Positions 35,663 through 47,483 of a DNA stretch of 53,032 nt are shown in pieces. The stretch lies in the IMG/VR virus record IMGVR_UViG_2541047822_000003, one strand, 5' to 3'. Within the stretch, counting starts at the first letter, position 1; the number at the start of each line of letters is the position of its first letter. The stretch comes from a virus (Duplodnaviria; Heunggongvirae; Uroviricota; Caudoviricetes). A program made the translations under genes and the position numbers. The notes under the pieces were generated by a model. That model did not search any database. It saw only the letters and a program-made list of their open reading frames with translations, and was not told the origin of the DNA.

Positions 35663-36625
35663 GTGAGTTCAGGTGCAAAGGTTATCTCGGCATTTATCCG
35701 GGAGACAGTTGCAGGCACTACGCCAGCAAGTGGTGACTGGAGTTTATTAAAACGCACAAGCTGGGGAGTAAAACCCACCCAGAATAAAGGCGAAAATAAT
35801 GAGATTGGTGGCTCCCGGATGGCTCAGGGGGCGACGCCTGGCACTGTGGATGTCGGCGGTGATGTTGGTACCAAATTTCGCTGGGGTCAACATGATGATT
35901 TTCTTGCATCCTGTTTCGGCGCGGAATGGTCAGGCGATTCTCTGACAATGGGGAATGAGCGAATAACATTTTCTCTGGCGACCTATGCGTCCGATGTCGG
36001 AATTGCCTCTGTCGTCAGAGGAGCGCAGGTTGGCTCATGGAAAATGCAGATCCCTAACGACGGCGATATTACAGCGACCGTAACCTTTGCCGGGCTGGGC
36101 TGGGAATCAAAGGCCGATGATACGAATTTTATCAAAGGCGAACCTGTGGATAGTGCAGGAAAGTTACGCTATTCGTTTAAGGAGGTTTCAGCAGTAAGCC
36201 TGAATGGTGTTGCCGGAGGTAACGGTTTTTGTATCGACAGTTTTGATATTCAGTTCGATAACAAACTCCAGACACAGCGTTGTATCGGGACTGGCTCGCC
36301 TTATGCAGGAGCAAATATTCCGACTACTTTTACACCGTCCGGTACGGTGACGCTTTCATGGTCTAAAGCCGCGTGGGAAATCTGGAGTAAAACACTGACT
36401 GGAGAAACAGTTCCGTTCAGCTTCACGCTTTCGAATGGAGAGGGGGCATACACTTTCAGTTTCCCGAAGGTTCAGGTGTCAGGTGAATGGCCTGATGGGG
36501 GTAATACTGACATTATCCAGGTTCAATTGAGCATTACCGCAGCAGATGAAGCACCTACGATAACCAGAAAAAAATGCTCCCCGACTGCCGTGATCGCAAA
36601 AGCCAGTGCTGTTGCGATTAGTTGA
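35663..36625 (+). CDS. Major tail (tube) protein
   Basis: 320 aa; GTG start preceded by AGGAGG; immediately upstream of the chaperone frameshift pair. Confidence 0.65.
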   Translation: MSSGAKVISAFIRETVAGTTPASGDWSLLKRTSWGVKPTQNKGENNEIGGSRMAQGATPGTVDVGGDVGTKFRWGQHDDFLASCFGAEWSGDSLTMGNERITFSLATYASDVGIASVVRGAQVGSWKMQIPNDGDITATVTFAGLGWESKADDTNFIKGEPVDSAGKLRYSFKEVSAVSLNGVAGGNGFCIDSFDIQFDNKLQTQRCIGTGSPYAGANIPTTFTPSGTVTLSWSKAAWEIWSKTLTGETVPFSFTLSNGEGAYTFSFPKVQVSGEWPDGGNTDIIQVQLSITAADEAPTITRKKCSPTAVIAKASAVAIS

Positions 36626-36673
36626 TTTTCCGTTATTCCCCCTGTGGTACTGCACTACAGGGGGACGCATTGA

Positions 36674-37135
36674 ATGAGGTTATGGATGTTTATTCTTAAT
36701 CAGAAAATTATCATCGGTGGAGAACGCTGGTTTACGCCAATGAAGGACTTAAAACCTGTAGACGGGTTAAAACTGTTGGTGGCAAGCAGCGATAACGATC
36801 AGTATCGCTCCCGTAATGCATTAATCCGTCGTCACATTGAGAAAATGGATGCCAGTTTGCACGTCGGAACGAAGGAGTTTGATATTTCAAAGGTTTCCGA
36901 GGTAGATTCTGTTGATGATTTACTCATTGATAATGCTGCTCGTTATCTGCTGAAAGACTGGAAAGGGGTTGGTGAACTGGTTAATGGTGCTGAGGTTGCA
37001 CTGGAATATACGCCAGAACGAGGGATCGCGCTGCTTAAGCAGAATCCAGAGTTGTACTGGCAGATCCTTGCAGAAGCAGCCAGCATCGCCCAGGGTAAAG
37101 AGCAGCAGAAGCAGGATACGATAAAAAAGCCATAG
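36674..37135 (+). CDS. Tail assembly chaperone (lambda G-like)
   Basis: 153 aa; ends just after the AAAAAAG slippery site; the downstream -1 frame continues as a T-like extension. Confidence 0.7.
   Translation: MRLWMFILNQKIIIGGERWFTPMKDLKPVDGLKLLVASSDNDQYRSRNALIRRHIEKMDASLHVGTKEFDISKVSEVDSVDDLLIDNAARYLLKDWKGVGELVNGAEVALEYTPERGIALLKQNPELYWQILAEAASIAQGKEQQKQDTIKKP
37123..37129 (+). other. Programmed -1 ribosomal frameshift slippery heptamer A_AAA_AAG
   Basis: In the G zero frame (...ACG ATA AAA AAG CCA TAG); X_XXY_YYZ pattern 6 nt before the G stop. Confidence 0.65.
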
Positions 37136-37443
37136 CCGCCCAGCGGTGGTTATCGGAGTTCGGGGGAGAAAGGGGGGAAAAGGCAAGATGGAAGCGAGAA
37201 AAACTCAGGTTGCCACCGATACCGGAACCAGAAATAGACCCGGTGCTTAAGGAATTGTTGTACGCCTATTCGGTAATATCCCGTGCCCGACGTTATGCTG
37301 GAATGACCGGGGTGCCTTTGCCTTTATCTCTGACAGAGATAAATGAATATTTAGCCACTCATCCGGTATTGATTGAGCGCGATGAGTTTGAAGCAGTGAT
37401 CTTTGCACTGGATGACCAGTATTTTCAGGAGCAGTGTGTGTAG
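37123..37443 (+). CDS. Tail assembly chaperone frameshift extension (lambda T-like part of the G-T fusion)
   Basis: The -1 frame is open from the slippery site to 37443 (the ORF track lists 37210-37443 from its first Met); standard G/GT arrangement. Confidence 0.6.
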   Translation, partial: KKAIAAQRWLSEFGGERGEKARWKREKLRLPPIPEPEIDPVLKELLYAYSVISRARRYAGMTGVPLPLSLTEINEYLATHPVLIERDEFEAVIFALDDQYFQEQCV

Positions 37444-39352
37444 TTGTTAATTACGTACACTCTGTTACAGAGATGTGATGGTGTCTTTAATTAAATCGAT
37501 GATGCTCCTGGAGAAAAGCATTGCGTGGCCTCGTAATCGCTATATCTACTATTATGTCGCCTGAAACCCACTTCGGTGGGCTTTTTGTTGTCTGGAGTTT
37601 TAATAAATGGCAGAGCAAACCTCGCGTCTCGCAATAATTATTGATAGCACTGGAGCAAAAAATAATGCTGACAATCTGACCTCCTCATTAGTCAAAATGA
37701 CGCAGGCCGGGGAAACTGCTGCAAATAGCGCAGGGAAAGTGACTAAGGCAACAGAAGATGAGAAGAACGCGCTCGCAAAATTAAAAGCAGCTATTGATCC
37801 AGTTGGTGCCGCAATTGATACTGTCGGTCGACGCTATTCTGAATTAAAGAAATTTTTCGATAAAGGGCTTATTGATAAAGAAGAATATGAATTTCTTGTC
37901 CGTAAACTTAATGAAACCACAGAGGAATTGAGCGGGGTTGCGCAAGCGCAGAGAGAAGCCGAGAAGGCCGGAAAACTTGCTGCCGCCCAGCAGGAATCGC
38001 AGGCTCAGGCCTTTCAAAGAATGCTGGACAAGATCGACCCTCTGGTTGCGGCGCTAAGAAATCTTGAACAACAGCAGGATGAACTTAATGCTGCGTTTGC
38101 ATCCGGGAAAATAAATGGTTCTCAGTTTGAGAATTATAGCCGAAAAATACAGGAAACACGGCGAGAGCTTACCGGAGAGGCTCAGGCAGAGCGAGAAGCA
38201 GCAAAAGCGCATGATGAACAGGTTGCTGCTTTGCAACGTCTGATTGCTCAACTTGACCCTGTCGGAACTGCTTTTAATCGTCTGGTAGAACAACAGAAAC
38301 AGCTCAATGAAGCAAAAGCTAAGGGGATGCTCTCTCCTGAAATGTATGAGGAACTTTCTGGAAAACTTCGTGCTATGCGGAGTGAGCTTGAGGTTACTCA
38401 ATCTCAATTAAGCAAAACCGGAATGTCGGCAAAACAAACGGCTTTTGCTATGCGCATGTTGCCTGCACAAATGACGGATATTGTTGTTGGGTTGTCCACT
38501 GGTCAGTCGCCTTTTATGGTGTTAATGCAGCAGGGCGGCCAGCTAAAAGATATGTTCGGTGGGATTGGCCCGGCGATCAAAGGTGTTGGTTCTTATGTGC
38601 TGGGATTAATTAATCCTTTTACCCTGGCCGCAGCAGCCGTTGGCGTCTTAGGGCTGGCTTACTATAAAGGCTCTCAGGAGCAGGACGAATTTAATAAATC
38701 TCTTATTCTTACCGGAAATCAGTTGGGGACAACCAGCGGGCAATTGGCCGATATAGCTCAACGTGCCGGGAATGCGGCTGATTCGACAACTGGCGCTGCG
38801 GCGGCAGTATTAAACCAGCTTGTGCGTTCGGGAAAGGTAGCGAGCAGTTCGCTGGAGCAAGTGACGACAGCGATAGTAAAAACGAGCGAAGTAACAGGAA
38901 TATCAACCGAACAACTGGTTAATGACTTCAATGAAATTGCAAAGGATCCTGTCAGTGCCATATCAAAACTTAATGATCAGTACCATTTTCTGACAATTGC
39001 GACTTATAACCAGATTAAGGCGCTACAGGATGAAGGGAACCAGCAGGAGGCCGCCCGCATTGCGACAGAAGCATACTCATCCTCAATGATCCAGCGCACC
39101 AACCAGATTAAAGAAAATCTTGGTTATCTTGAGACTGCATGGAAAGCTGTCGCAGACTCCGCAAAATGGGCATGGGATTCCATGCTGGACATTGGCCGTG
39201 AGGCCTCCCTTGATCAAAAAATCTCAGATGTTCTCCGTCAAATTGATGAAATAGAAAAAAATACCCGACCCGGAGTTTTCGGGTTAGGTGGCATTGGAGA
39301 TGGCGGAGCTCAAAATAAAAGGCTGGCACGATTAAAGCAGCAATTGGGCGTA

Positions 39353-39361
39353 CTTCAAGCA
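39353..39361. repeat. IS1 target-site duplication, left copy (CTTCAAGCA)
   Basis: Identical 9-mer directly abuts both IS1 ends (39353-39361 and 40130-40138). Confidence 0.85.
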
Positions 39362-39376
39362 GGTAATGACTCCAAC

Positions 39377-39880
39377 TTATTGATAGTGTTTTATGTTCAG
39401 ATAATGCCCGATGACTTTGTCATGCAGCTCCACCGATTTTGAGAACGACAGCGACTTCCGTCCCAGCCGTGCCAGGTGCTGCCTCAGATTCAGGTTATGC
39501 CGCTCAATTCGCTGCGTATATCGCTTGCTGATTACGTGCAGCTTTCCCTTCAGGCGGGATTCATACAGCGGCCAGCCATCCGTCATCCATATCACCACGT
39601 CAAAGGGTGACAGCAGGCTCATAAGACGCCCCAGCGTCGCCATAGTGCGCTCACCGAATACGTGCGCAACAACCGTCTTCCGGAGACTGTCATACGCGTA
39701 AAACAGCCAGCGCTGGCGCGATTTAGCCCCGACATAGCCCCACTGTTCGTCCATTTCCGCGCAGACGATGACGTCACTGCCCGGCTGTATGCGCGAGGTT
39801 ACCGACTGCGGCCTGAGTTTTTTAAGTGACGTAAAATCGTGTTGAGGCCAACGCCCATAATGCGGGCAGTTGCCCGGCAT
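39377..39880 (-). CDS. insB: IS1 transposase InsB
   Basis: 167-aa ORF recognised as IS1 InsB. Confidence 0.85.
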
Positions 39881-40074
39881 CCAACGCCATTCATGGCCAT
39901 ATCAATGATTTTCTGGTGCGTACCGGGTTGAGAAGCGGTGTAAGTGAACTGCAGTTGCCATGTTTTACGGCAGTGAGAGCAGAGATAGCGCTGATGTCCG
40001 GCGGTGCTTTTGCCGTTACGCACCACCCCGTCAGTAGCTGAACAGGAGGGACAGCTGATAGAAACAGAAGCCAC
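39799..40074 (-). CDS. insA: IS1 protein InsA
   Basis: 91-aa [46 protein letters not shown]... recognised as IS1 InsA. Confidence 0.85.
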
Positions 40075-40129
40075 TGGAGCACCTCAAAAACACCATCATA
40101 CACTAAATCAGTAAGTTGGCAGCATCACC

Positions 40130-40138
40130 CTTCAAGCA
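40130..40138. repeat. IS1 target-site duplication, right copy (CTTCAAGCA)
   Basis: See left copy. Confidence 0.85.
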
Positions 40139-41609
40139 GAAAAAATTGCTCAGGACGTCCTAAATTCATCAATAAACGATTACAACAAGCGACAACAGGA
40201 AGGAATTGAACTCAGACAGAGAGCAGATGCCTTTTCAAAACAATATCAGACCCGGGAGCAGCAGAGAGCTAGTGAACTTGCAAAACTGGAAAAGCTAAAG
40301 AGTCAGTATTCAAAGGAAGAATATAATAATTTTATCGCTCAAATAAATGAGCGTTATAAAGATCCAAAGCAACCAAAGGCGAAAGGTTATTCGGATGATG
40401 CTGCCCAACGAATGATTGATCATCTGAATCAACAGAATGCGTTACTAAGTTCACAAACTGAATTAACCGTTAAATTAAGTTCCTCTGAACAGGAACTGGT
40501 TAAGTGGCGTCAGCAGATTGCCGACCTGGAGTCACGACCGTTATCGAAATTAACCCAGGATCAGAAATCGCTTCTCTTACACCGGGAAGAAATAACCGCG
40601 TTGATGGAGAAAAATGTTGCGATTGAAAAAAATAACAGGCTAATCAAGGAATCCGCCGAAATAGCTGCATGGCGTGATTCATTGCAGGCTTCGATTGATA
40701 ATCGTCAACAGGGGTATGATATTCAGATTGCTGGTTATGGGGTTGGCGATAAAAATCAGCAACGCCAGCAGGAATTACTGCGGATTGAACGTGAATATAA
40801 CAATCAGCGTCTGCAACTTGAACGTGACTATGCAGATAAATCCCGTGGGATGTCAAATCATGTTTTTCAGGAGAAAATGCAGGCTCTGAATGATGCTCTG
40901 GAACGAGAAAAAGAAATTGTCAGACAGAAAAACGAGCAGCTCGATATTCAGGCAGGAGACTGGGTTAGTGGTGCCTCCCAGGGATTCAATAACTGGCTGG
41001 ATGACACTAAGGATATCAGTGAGCAGATAAAATCAACCACGACTCAGATGTTTGATGGAATGACCGATGCGCTGGGTGATTTTGTCACGACAGGCAAGGC
41101 AAATTTTCGTTCTTTCGCTACTTCCGTGATTTCGGATCTTAGTCGAATAGCATTAAAGGCTTCAATTACTGGGATTTTCGACAGCATTAGTAACAGTTCT
41201 TCTGGGGGGATTTTAGGAACTATCGGGAGTGCTATTAGTAAATTTATTCCGAATGCAAAGGGCGGTGTTTATGAGTCTCCGTCATTGAACACGTATTCGA
41301 ACGGTATTTATGATTCCCCGCAATTTTTTGCTTTTGCAAGAGGGGCTGGTGTTTTTGGTGAGGCTGGTCCGGAAGCCATTATGCCATTAACACGAACTTC
41401 CGATGGTTCTCTTGGTGTCAGAGCTATTAATAGTAAAAGTGGTAATGGAGGCGGAGATATTACCTATGCCCCTGTATACCAAATCACTATTCAAAATGAC
41501 GGCCAGAATGGAGAGATTGGCCCTCAGGCAATAAAAGCACTTATGGGGATGGTTGATCAGCGGGTGCAGGGCAATCTGTTAAATATGCGACGTGATGGGG
41601 GAATGTTAA

Positions 41610-41948
41610 GTGGCTAATACGGAAGAATTTCACTGGTTACCAGAGGATGGAATGAAAACAGAAAATAAACCATCGATAAAAACTGTAAGATTTGGCGATG
41701 GTTATGAGCAACGAAGTCCAAATGGACTTAATCATTCTCTGCGCGTTTTCACCTGTGATTTCAAAGTTGAGGCGAATGAACGTGATTCATTTGAAAAATT
41801 TTTAGCCCGGCATGAAGGCTATAAATCTTTTTTTTGGCGCCCGCCGGGTATTAACAGAAAAATCAGAGTGGTGTGTCGAACGTGGTCAGCGACAGAACAT
41901 ATCACCTATACCGATTTTTCGTGTCAGTTTGACGAAGTGGTGATCTGA
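41610..41948 (+). CDS. Minor tail protein M (lambda gpM-like)
   Basis: 112 aa with VRFGDGYEQRSPNGLN and FxxxFDEVVI resembling lambda M; GTG start overlapping the tape-measure stop. Confidence 0.8.
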   Translation: MANTEEFHWLPEDGMKTENKPSIKTVRFGDGYEQRSPNGLNHSLRVFTCDFKVEANERDSFEKFLARHEGYKSFFWRPPGINRKIRVVCRTWSATEHITYTDFSCQFDEVVI

Positions 41949-42646
41949 TGCAGGACATACAACAGGAAACGCTGAATGAATGCATTCGTGCGGAGCAGTC
42001 GGCCAGCGTGGTGCTCTGGGAAATCGACCTGACCGAGGTAGGCGGGGATCGCTACTTTTTCTGTAATGAGCAGAACGAAAAAGGTGAGTCTGTCACCTGG
42101 CAGAGTCGGCAGTATCAGGCCTATCCCATTCAGGGGAGTGGATTTGAGATGAACGGCAAGGGCAGTACTGCCCGTCCGACACTGACGGTCTCTAACCTGC
42201 ACGGCATGATCACCGGGATGGCGGAAGATCTGCAGAGTCTGGTCGGCGGAACGGTGGTCCGGCGTAAGGTTTACGCCCGCTTTCTGGATGCGGTGAACTT
42301 CGTCAACGGAAACAGCGAAGCCGATCCGGAGCAGGAGGTGATCAGCCGCTGGCGCATCGAGCAGTGCAGCGAACTGAGCGCGGTCAGTGCCTCTTTTGTA
42401 CTGTCCACGCCGACTGAAACGGATGGCGCTGTTTTTCCGGGACGTATCATGCTGGCCAACACCTGCACCTGGACCTATCGCGGCGATGAGTGCGGTTATA
42501 GCGGTCCGGCGGTCGCGGATGAATATGACCAGCCGACGTCCGATATCACGAAGGATAAATGCAGCAAATGCCTGAGTGGCTGTAAGTTTCGCAATAATGT
42601 CGGCAACTTTGGCAGCTTCCTTTCCATTAACAAACTTTCGCAGTAA
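41948..42646 (+). CDS. Minor tail protein L (lambda gpL-like)
   Basis: 232 aa; C-terminal Cys cluster (CTWTYRGDECGY...KCSKCLSGCKFRNN) as in lambda L. Confidence 0.8.
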   Translation: MQDIQQETLNECIRAEQSASVVLWEIDLTEVGGDRYFFCNEQNEKGESVTWQSRQYQAYPIQGSGFEMNGKGSTARPTLTVSNLHGMITGMAEDLQSLVGGTVVRRKVYARFLDAVNFVNGNSEADPEQEVISRWRIEQCSELSAVSASFVLSTPTETDGAVFPGRIMLANTCTWTYRGDECGYSGPAVADEYDQPTSDITKDKCSKCLSGCKFRNNVGNFGSFLSINKLSQ

Positions 42647-42651
42647 ATCCC

Positions 42652-43395
42652 ATGACAGAGACAGAATCAGCGATTCTGGCGCACGCCCGGCGATGTGCGC
42701 CAGCGGAGTCGTGCGGCTTCGTGGTGAGAACGCCGGAGGAGGAAAGATATTTTCCCTGCGTGAATATCTCCGGTGAGCCGGAGGCGTATTTCCGGATGTC
42801 GCCGGAGGACTGGCTGAGTGCAGAAATGCAGGGAGAGATTGTGGCGCTGGTCCACAGCCACCCCGGTGGTCTGCCCTGGCTGAGTGAGGCCGACCGGCGG
42901 CTGCAGGTACAGAGTGATTTGCCGTGGTGGCTGGTCTGCCGGGGGGCGATTCATAAATTCCGCTGTGTGCCGCATCTCACCGGGCGGCGCTTTGAGCACG
43001 GGGTGACGGACTGTTACACGCTGTTCCGGGACGCTTACCATCTGGCGGGAATTGAGATGCCGGATTTTCATCGCGGGGATAACTGGTGGCGTAACGGTCA
43101 GAATCTCTATCTGGATAATCTGGAGGCCACAGGGCTGTATCAGGTGCCGTTGTCAGCGGCGCAGCCGGGCGATGTGCTGCTGTGCTGTTTTGGTTCATCG
43201 GTGCCGAATCATGCCGCCATTTACTGTGGTGACAGCGAGCTGCTGCACCATATTCCTGAACAACTGAGCAAACGAGAGAGGTACACCGACAAATGGCAGC
43301 GACGCACACACTCCCTCTGGCGTCACCGGGCATGGCACGCATCTGCCTTTACGGGGATTTACAACGATTTGGCCGCCGCATCGACCTTCGAGTGA
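42652..43395 (+). CDS. Tail assembly protein K (NlpC/P60 plus JAB/MPN domains)
   Basis: 247 aa; JAMM-like HSHPGG...SEAD motif and Cys/His residues consistent with lambda gpK. Confidence 0.75.
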   Translation: MTETESAILAHARRCAPAESCGFVVRTPEEERYFPCVNISGEPEAYFRMSPEDWLSAEMQGEIVALVHSHPGGLPWLSEADRRLQVQSDLPWWLVCRGAIHKFRCVPHLTGRRFEHGVTDCYTLFRDAYHLAGIEMPDFHRGDNWWRNGQNLYLDNLEATGLYQVPLSAAQPGDVLLCCFGSSVPNHAAIYCGDSELLHHIPEQLSKRERYTDKWQRRTHSLWRHRAWHASAFTGIYNDLAAASTFE

Positions 43396-43940
43396 AAACG
43401 GGGTCCGAAGCCATCCGGGCGCTGGCCATGCAGATCCCGGCATTTCGTCAGAAACTGAGCGACGGCTGGTACCAGGTACGCATTGCCGGGCGTGATGCAG
43501 GTGAAACTGAATTGTCTGCCCGTCTTAATGAGCCGCTGGAAAATGGTGCCGTGATCCACATCGTACCGCGTCCGGCGGGTGCTAAAAGTGGCGGTATTTT
43601 TCAGGCAGTGCTGGGGGCGGCGCTGATTGCGGTTGCATGGTGGAACCCTGTGGGCTGGCTGGGGGCCACGGCTGTATCGGGTATGTATGCGGCAGGGGCC
43701 AGTATGATCCTGGGCGGTGTGGCGCAGATGTTGGCACCGAAAGCCAGGACGCCCACGGCAGCCAGTACAGATAACGGCAAACAGAACACGTATTTCTCGT
43801 CACTGGATAACATGGTTGCCCAGGGCAATGTTCTGCCCGTTCTGTACGGTGAAATGCGCGTGGGGTCGCGGGTGGTCTCTCAGGAGATCAGCACGGCAGA
43901 CGAAGGGGACGGTGGTCAGGTTGTGGTGATTGGTCGCTGA
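43332..43940 (+). CDS. Tail assembly protein I (lambda gpI-like)
   Basis: ORF 43293-43940; start preferred at MARICLYGDLQRFG (ATG 43332); follows K. Confidence 0.75.
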   Translation: MARICLYGDLQRFGRRIDLRVKTGSEAIRALAMQIPAFRQKLSDGWYQVRIAGRDAGETELSARLNEPLENGAVIHIVPRPAGAKSGGIFQAVLGAALIAVAWWNPVGWLGATAVSGMYAAGASMILGGVAQMLAPKARTPTAASTDNGKQNTYFSSLDNMVAQGNVLPVLYGEMRVGSRVVSQEISTADEGDGGQVVVIGR

Positions 43941-44000
43941 TGAAAAACGTTTTATGTGAAACCGCCTGCGGGCGGTTTTGTCGTTTATGGAGCGTGAGGA

Positions 44001-47000
44001 ATGGGTAAAGGCAGCAGTAAGGGGCATACTCCGCGCGAAGCGAAGGACAACCTGAAGTCCACGCAGTTGCTGAGTGTGATCGATGCCATCAGCGAAGGGC
44101 CGGTTGAAGGTCCGGTGGATGGATTAAAAAGCGTGCTGCTGAACAGTACGCCAGTGCTGGACACTGAGGGGAATACCAACATCTCCGGCGTCACGGTGGT
44201 GTTCCGGGCCGGTGAGCAGGAGCAGACACCGCCGGAGGGATTTGAATCCTCCGGCTCCGAGGCGGTGCTGGGTACGGAAGTGAAATACGACACGCCGATT
44301 ACCCGGACCATCACGTCGGCAAACATCGACCGTCTGCGCTTTACCTTCGGTGTGCAGGCACTGGTGGAAACCACCTCAAAGGGGGACCGGAATCCGTCGG
44401 AAGTCCGCCTGCTGGTTCAGATACAGCGTAACGGTGGCTGGGTGACGGAAAAAGACATCACCATTAAAGGCAAAACCACCTCACAGTATCTGGCCTCGGT
44501 GGTGGTGGATAACCTGCCGCCGCGCCCGTTTAATATCCGGATGCGCAGAATGACGCCGGACAGCACCACAGACCAGCTGCAGAACAAAACGCTCTGGTCG
44601 TCATACACCGAAATCATCGATGTGAAACAGTGCTACCCGAACACGGCACTGGTCGGCGTACAGGTGGATTCGGAGCAGTTCGGCAGCCAGCAGGTGAGCC
44701 GTAATTATCATCTTCGCGGGCGCATTCTGCAGGTGCCGTCGAACTATAACCCGCAGACGCGACAATACAGCGGTATCTGGGACGGAACGTTAAAACCGGC
44801 ATACAGCAACAACATGGCCTGGTGTCTGTGGGATATGCTGACCCATCCGCGCTACGGCATGGGGAAACGTCTTGGTGCGGCGGATGTGGATAAATGGGCG
44901 CTGTATGTCATCGGCCAGTACTGCGACCAGTCAGTGCCGGACGGCTTTGGCGGCACGGAGCCGCGCATCACCTGTAATGCGTACCTGACCACACAGCGCA
45001 AGGCGTGGGATGTGCTCAGTGATTTCTGCTCGGCGATGCGCTGTATGCCGGTATGGAACGGGCAGACGCTGACGTTCGTGCAGGACCGACCGTCGGATAA
45101 GGTGTGGGCCTATAACCGCAGTAATGTGGTGATGCCGGATGATGGCGCGCCGTTCCGCTACAGTTTCAGCGCCCTGAAAGACCGCCATAATGCCGTTGAG
45201 GTGAACTGGATTGACCCGGATAACGGCTGGGAGACGGCGACAGAGCTTGTTGAAGATACGCAGGCCATTGCCCGTTACGGTCGTAACGTCACGAAGATGG
45301 ATGCCTTTGGCTGTACCAGCCGGGGGCAGGCGCACCGCGCCGGGCTGTGGCTGATTAAAACGGAACTGCTGGAAACGCAGACCGTGGACTTCAGCGTGGG
45401 TGCGGAAGGGCTTCGCCATGTACCGGGGGATGTCATTGAAATCTGCGATGATGACTATGCCGGTATCAGCACCGGCGGGCGCGTGCTGGCGGTGAACAGC
45501 CAGACCCGGACGCTGACGCTCGACCGTGAAATCACGCTGCCATCCTCCGGTACCACGCTGATAAGCCTGGTTGACGGTCAGGGTAATCCGGTCAGCGTGG
45601 AGGTTCAGTCCGTCACCGACGGCGTGAAGGTGAAAGTGAGCCGTGTTCCTGACGGCGTTGCCGGATACAGCGTGTGGGGGCTGAAGCTGCCGACGCTGCG
45701 CCAGCGCCTGTTCCGCTGTGTGAGTATCCGTGAGAACGACGACGGCACGTATGCCATCACTGCCGTGCAGCATGTACCGGAAAAAGAGGCCATCGTGGAT
45801 AACGGAGCGCACTTTGACGGCGACCAGAGCGGCACGGTGAATGGTGTCACGCCGCCAGCGGTGCAGCACCTGACCGCAGAAGTCACCGCAGACAGCGGGG
45901 AATATCAGGTGCTGGCGCGCTGGGACACGCCGAAGGTAGTGAAGGGTGTGAGCTTTATGCTTCGCCTGACCGTGGCCGCCGATGACGGCAGTGAGCGGCT
46001 GGTCAGCACGGCCCGGACGACGGAAACCACTTACCGCTTCAGGCAGCTGGCGCTGGGGCGTTACACGCTGACGGTCCGGGCGGTAAATGCCCGGGGACAG
46101 CAGGGCGATCCGGCGTCGGTATCGTTCCGGATTGCCGCCCCGGCAGCGCCGTCGCGGATTGAGCTGACGCCGGGCTATTTTCAGATAACTGCCACGCCGC
46201 ATCTTGCGGTTTATGATCCGACGGTACAGTTTGAGTTCTGGTTCTCGGAAACGCGGATTACCGATATCAGGCAGGTTGAAACCACAGCCCGCTACCTTGG
46301 CACGGGGCTGTACTGGATAGCCGCCAGTATCAATATCAAACCGGGCCATGATTATTACTTTTATATCCGCAGTGTGAACACCGTTGGCAAATCGGCATTC
46401 GTGGAGGCCGTCGGTCGGGCGAGCGATGATGCGGAAGGTTACCTGGATTTTTTCAAAGGCAAGATAACCGAATCCCATCTCGGTAAAGAGCTGCTGGAAA
46501 AAGTTGATCTGACGGAGGATAACGCCAGCAGACTGGATGAGTTTTCGAAAGAGTGGAAGGACGCTAACGATAAATGGAATGCCATGTGGGGCGTCAAAAT
46601 TGAGCAGACCAAAGACGGCAAACATTATGTCGCGGGTATTGGCCTCAGCATGGAGGACACGGAGGAAGGCAAGCTGAGCCAGTTTCTGGTTGCCGCTAAC
46701 CGTATCGCGTTTATTGACCCGGCAAACGGGAATGAAACGCCGATGTTTGTGGCGCAGGGCAACCAGATATTCATGAACGACGTGTTCCTGAAGCGCCTGA
46801 CAGCCCCCACCATTACCAGCGGTGGCAGTCCTCCGGTATTTTCCCTGACATCAGACGGAAAGCTGACCGCTAAAAATGCGGATATCAGTGGTAGTGTGAA
46901 TGCGAACTCAGGAACGCTCAACAATGTCACGATTAACCAGAACTGTACGATTAAGGGCATGCTGGAGGCGACCCAGGTCAGAGGGGATTTCGTTAAAGCT

Positions 47001-47414
47001 GTATCAAAAGCCTTCCCGAAAAAAGTCGGTACGTGGGGTAACACGGAAACACCAAACGGTACGGTTACAGTCACCATCAGCGATGATCATAACTTTGACC
47101 GCCAGATTATTATTCCGCCCATTATTTTTAACGGTATAGCGTATGACGATCCGGGGAGCGGAAATAACCCGGGAGGCACGCGATACACGGGTTATGGTTT
47201 TGAAGTTCGCAAAAACGGCGTATTAATCGCATCCAGAGAAACTAAAGGGGCCATTCCCGGTAGTTACAGTGCAGTTATTGATATGCCTAGTGGTGGTGGT
47301 AGCGTCACTCTGGAGTTTAAGATTTTCCAGAAAGGCAATCAGGGGGCAGGCAATATCACCGACTGTACGGTGATTGTGACCAAAAAAGCCGCTTCCGGCA
47401 TCAGTATTCGTTGA
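44001..47414 (+). CDS. Tail tip / host specificity protein J
   Basis: 1137-aa ORF directly after I; size and position match lambda J. Confidence 0.85.
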   Translation: MGKGSSKGHTPREAKDNLKSTQLLSVIDAISEGPVEGPVDGLKSVLLNSTPVLDTEGNTNISGVTVVFRAGEQEQTPPEGFESSGSEAVLGTEVKYDTPITRTITSANIDRLRFTFGVQALVETTSKGDRNPSEVRLLVQIQRNGGWVTEKDITIKGKTTSQYLASVVVDNLPPRPFNIRMRRMTPDSTTDQLQNKTLWSSYTEIIDVKQCYPNTALVGVQVDSEQFGSQQVSRNYHLRGRILQVPSNYNPQTRQYSGIWDGTLKPAYSNNMAWCLWDMLTHPRYGMGKRLGAADVDKWALYVIGQYCDQSVPDGFGGTEPRITCNAYLTTQRKAWDVLSDFCSAMRCMPVWNGQTLTFVQDRPSDKVWAYNRSNVVMPDDGAPFRYSFSALKDRHNAVEVNWIDPDNGWETATELVEDTQAIARYGRNVTKMDAFGCTSRGQAHRAGLWLIKTELLETQTVDFSVGAEGLRHVPGDVIEICDDDYAGISTGGRVLAVNSQTRTLTLDREITLPSSGTTLISLVDGQGNPVSVEVQSVTDGVKVKVSRVPDGVAGYSVWGLKLPTLRQRLFRCVSIRENDDGTYAITAVQHVPEKEAIVDNGAHFDGDQSGTVNGVTPPAVQHLTAEVTADSGEYQVLARWDTPKVVKGVSFMLRLTVAADDGSERLVSTARTTETTYRFRQLALGRYTLTVRAVNARGQQGDPASVSFRIAAPAAPSRIELTPGYFQITATPHLAVYDPTVQFEFWFSETRITDIRQVETTARYLGTGLYWIAASINIKPGHDYYFYIRSVNTVGKSAFVEAVGRASDDAEGYLDFFKGKITESHLGKELLEKVDLTEDNASRLDEFSKEWKDANDKWNAMWGVKIEQTKDGKHYVAGIGLSMEDTEEGKLSQFLVAANRIAFIDPANGNETPMFVAQGNQIFMNDVFLKRLTAPTITSGGSPPVFSLTSDGKLTAKNADISGSVNANSGTLNNVTINQNCTIKGMLEATQVRGDFVKAVSKAFPKKVGTWGNTETPNGTVTVTISDDHNFDRQIIIPPIIFNGIAYDDPGSGNNPGGTRYTGYGFEVRKNGVLIASRETKGAIPGSYSAVIDMPSGGGSVTLEFKIFQKGNQGAGNITDCTVIVTKKAASGISIR

Positions 47415-47435
47415 AATTGTTATAACCCATATAAG

Positions 47436-47459
47436 GGCACCAGAAATGGTGCCTTTTTT
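47436..47459 (+). terminator. Rho-independent terminator after J
   Basis: GGCACC-agaaat-GGTGCC followed by TTTTTT. Confidence 0.75.
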
Positions 47460-47483
47460 ATTGCAGAAAAGCGAGAGGTAATT

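Larger units (their letters stand above)
39362..40129 (-). mobile_element. Insertion sequence IS1 (768 bp, complete)
   Basis: Ends GGTAATGACTCCAACTTATTGATAGTG... and ...CAGTAAGTTGGCAGCATCACC recognised as IS1 terminal inverted repeats; contains insA and insB; flanked by a 9-bp direct duplication. Confidence 0.9.
37607..41617 (+). pseudogene. tmpR: Tail tape-measure protein disrupted by an IS1 insertion
   Basis: N-part 37607-39361 and C-part 40139-41617 are in the same frame once the 777 bp (IS1 plus 9-bp duplication) are removed; coiled-coil-rich N-half and Gly-rich C-half typical of tape-measure proteins. Confidence 0.8.

Noticed and set aside
44931-46625. 564-aa ORF on the minus strand
   Set aside because: Lies entirely antisense within the J gene; Arg/Pro/Gly-rich low-complexity translation typical of a shadow ORF in GC-rich coding DNA.
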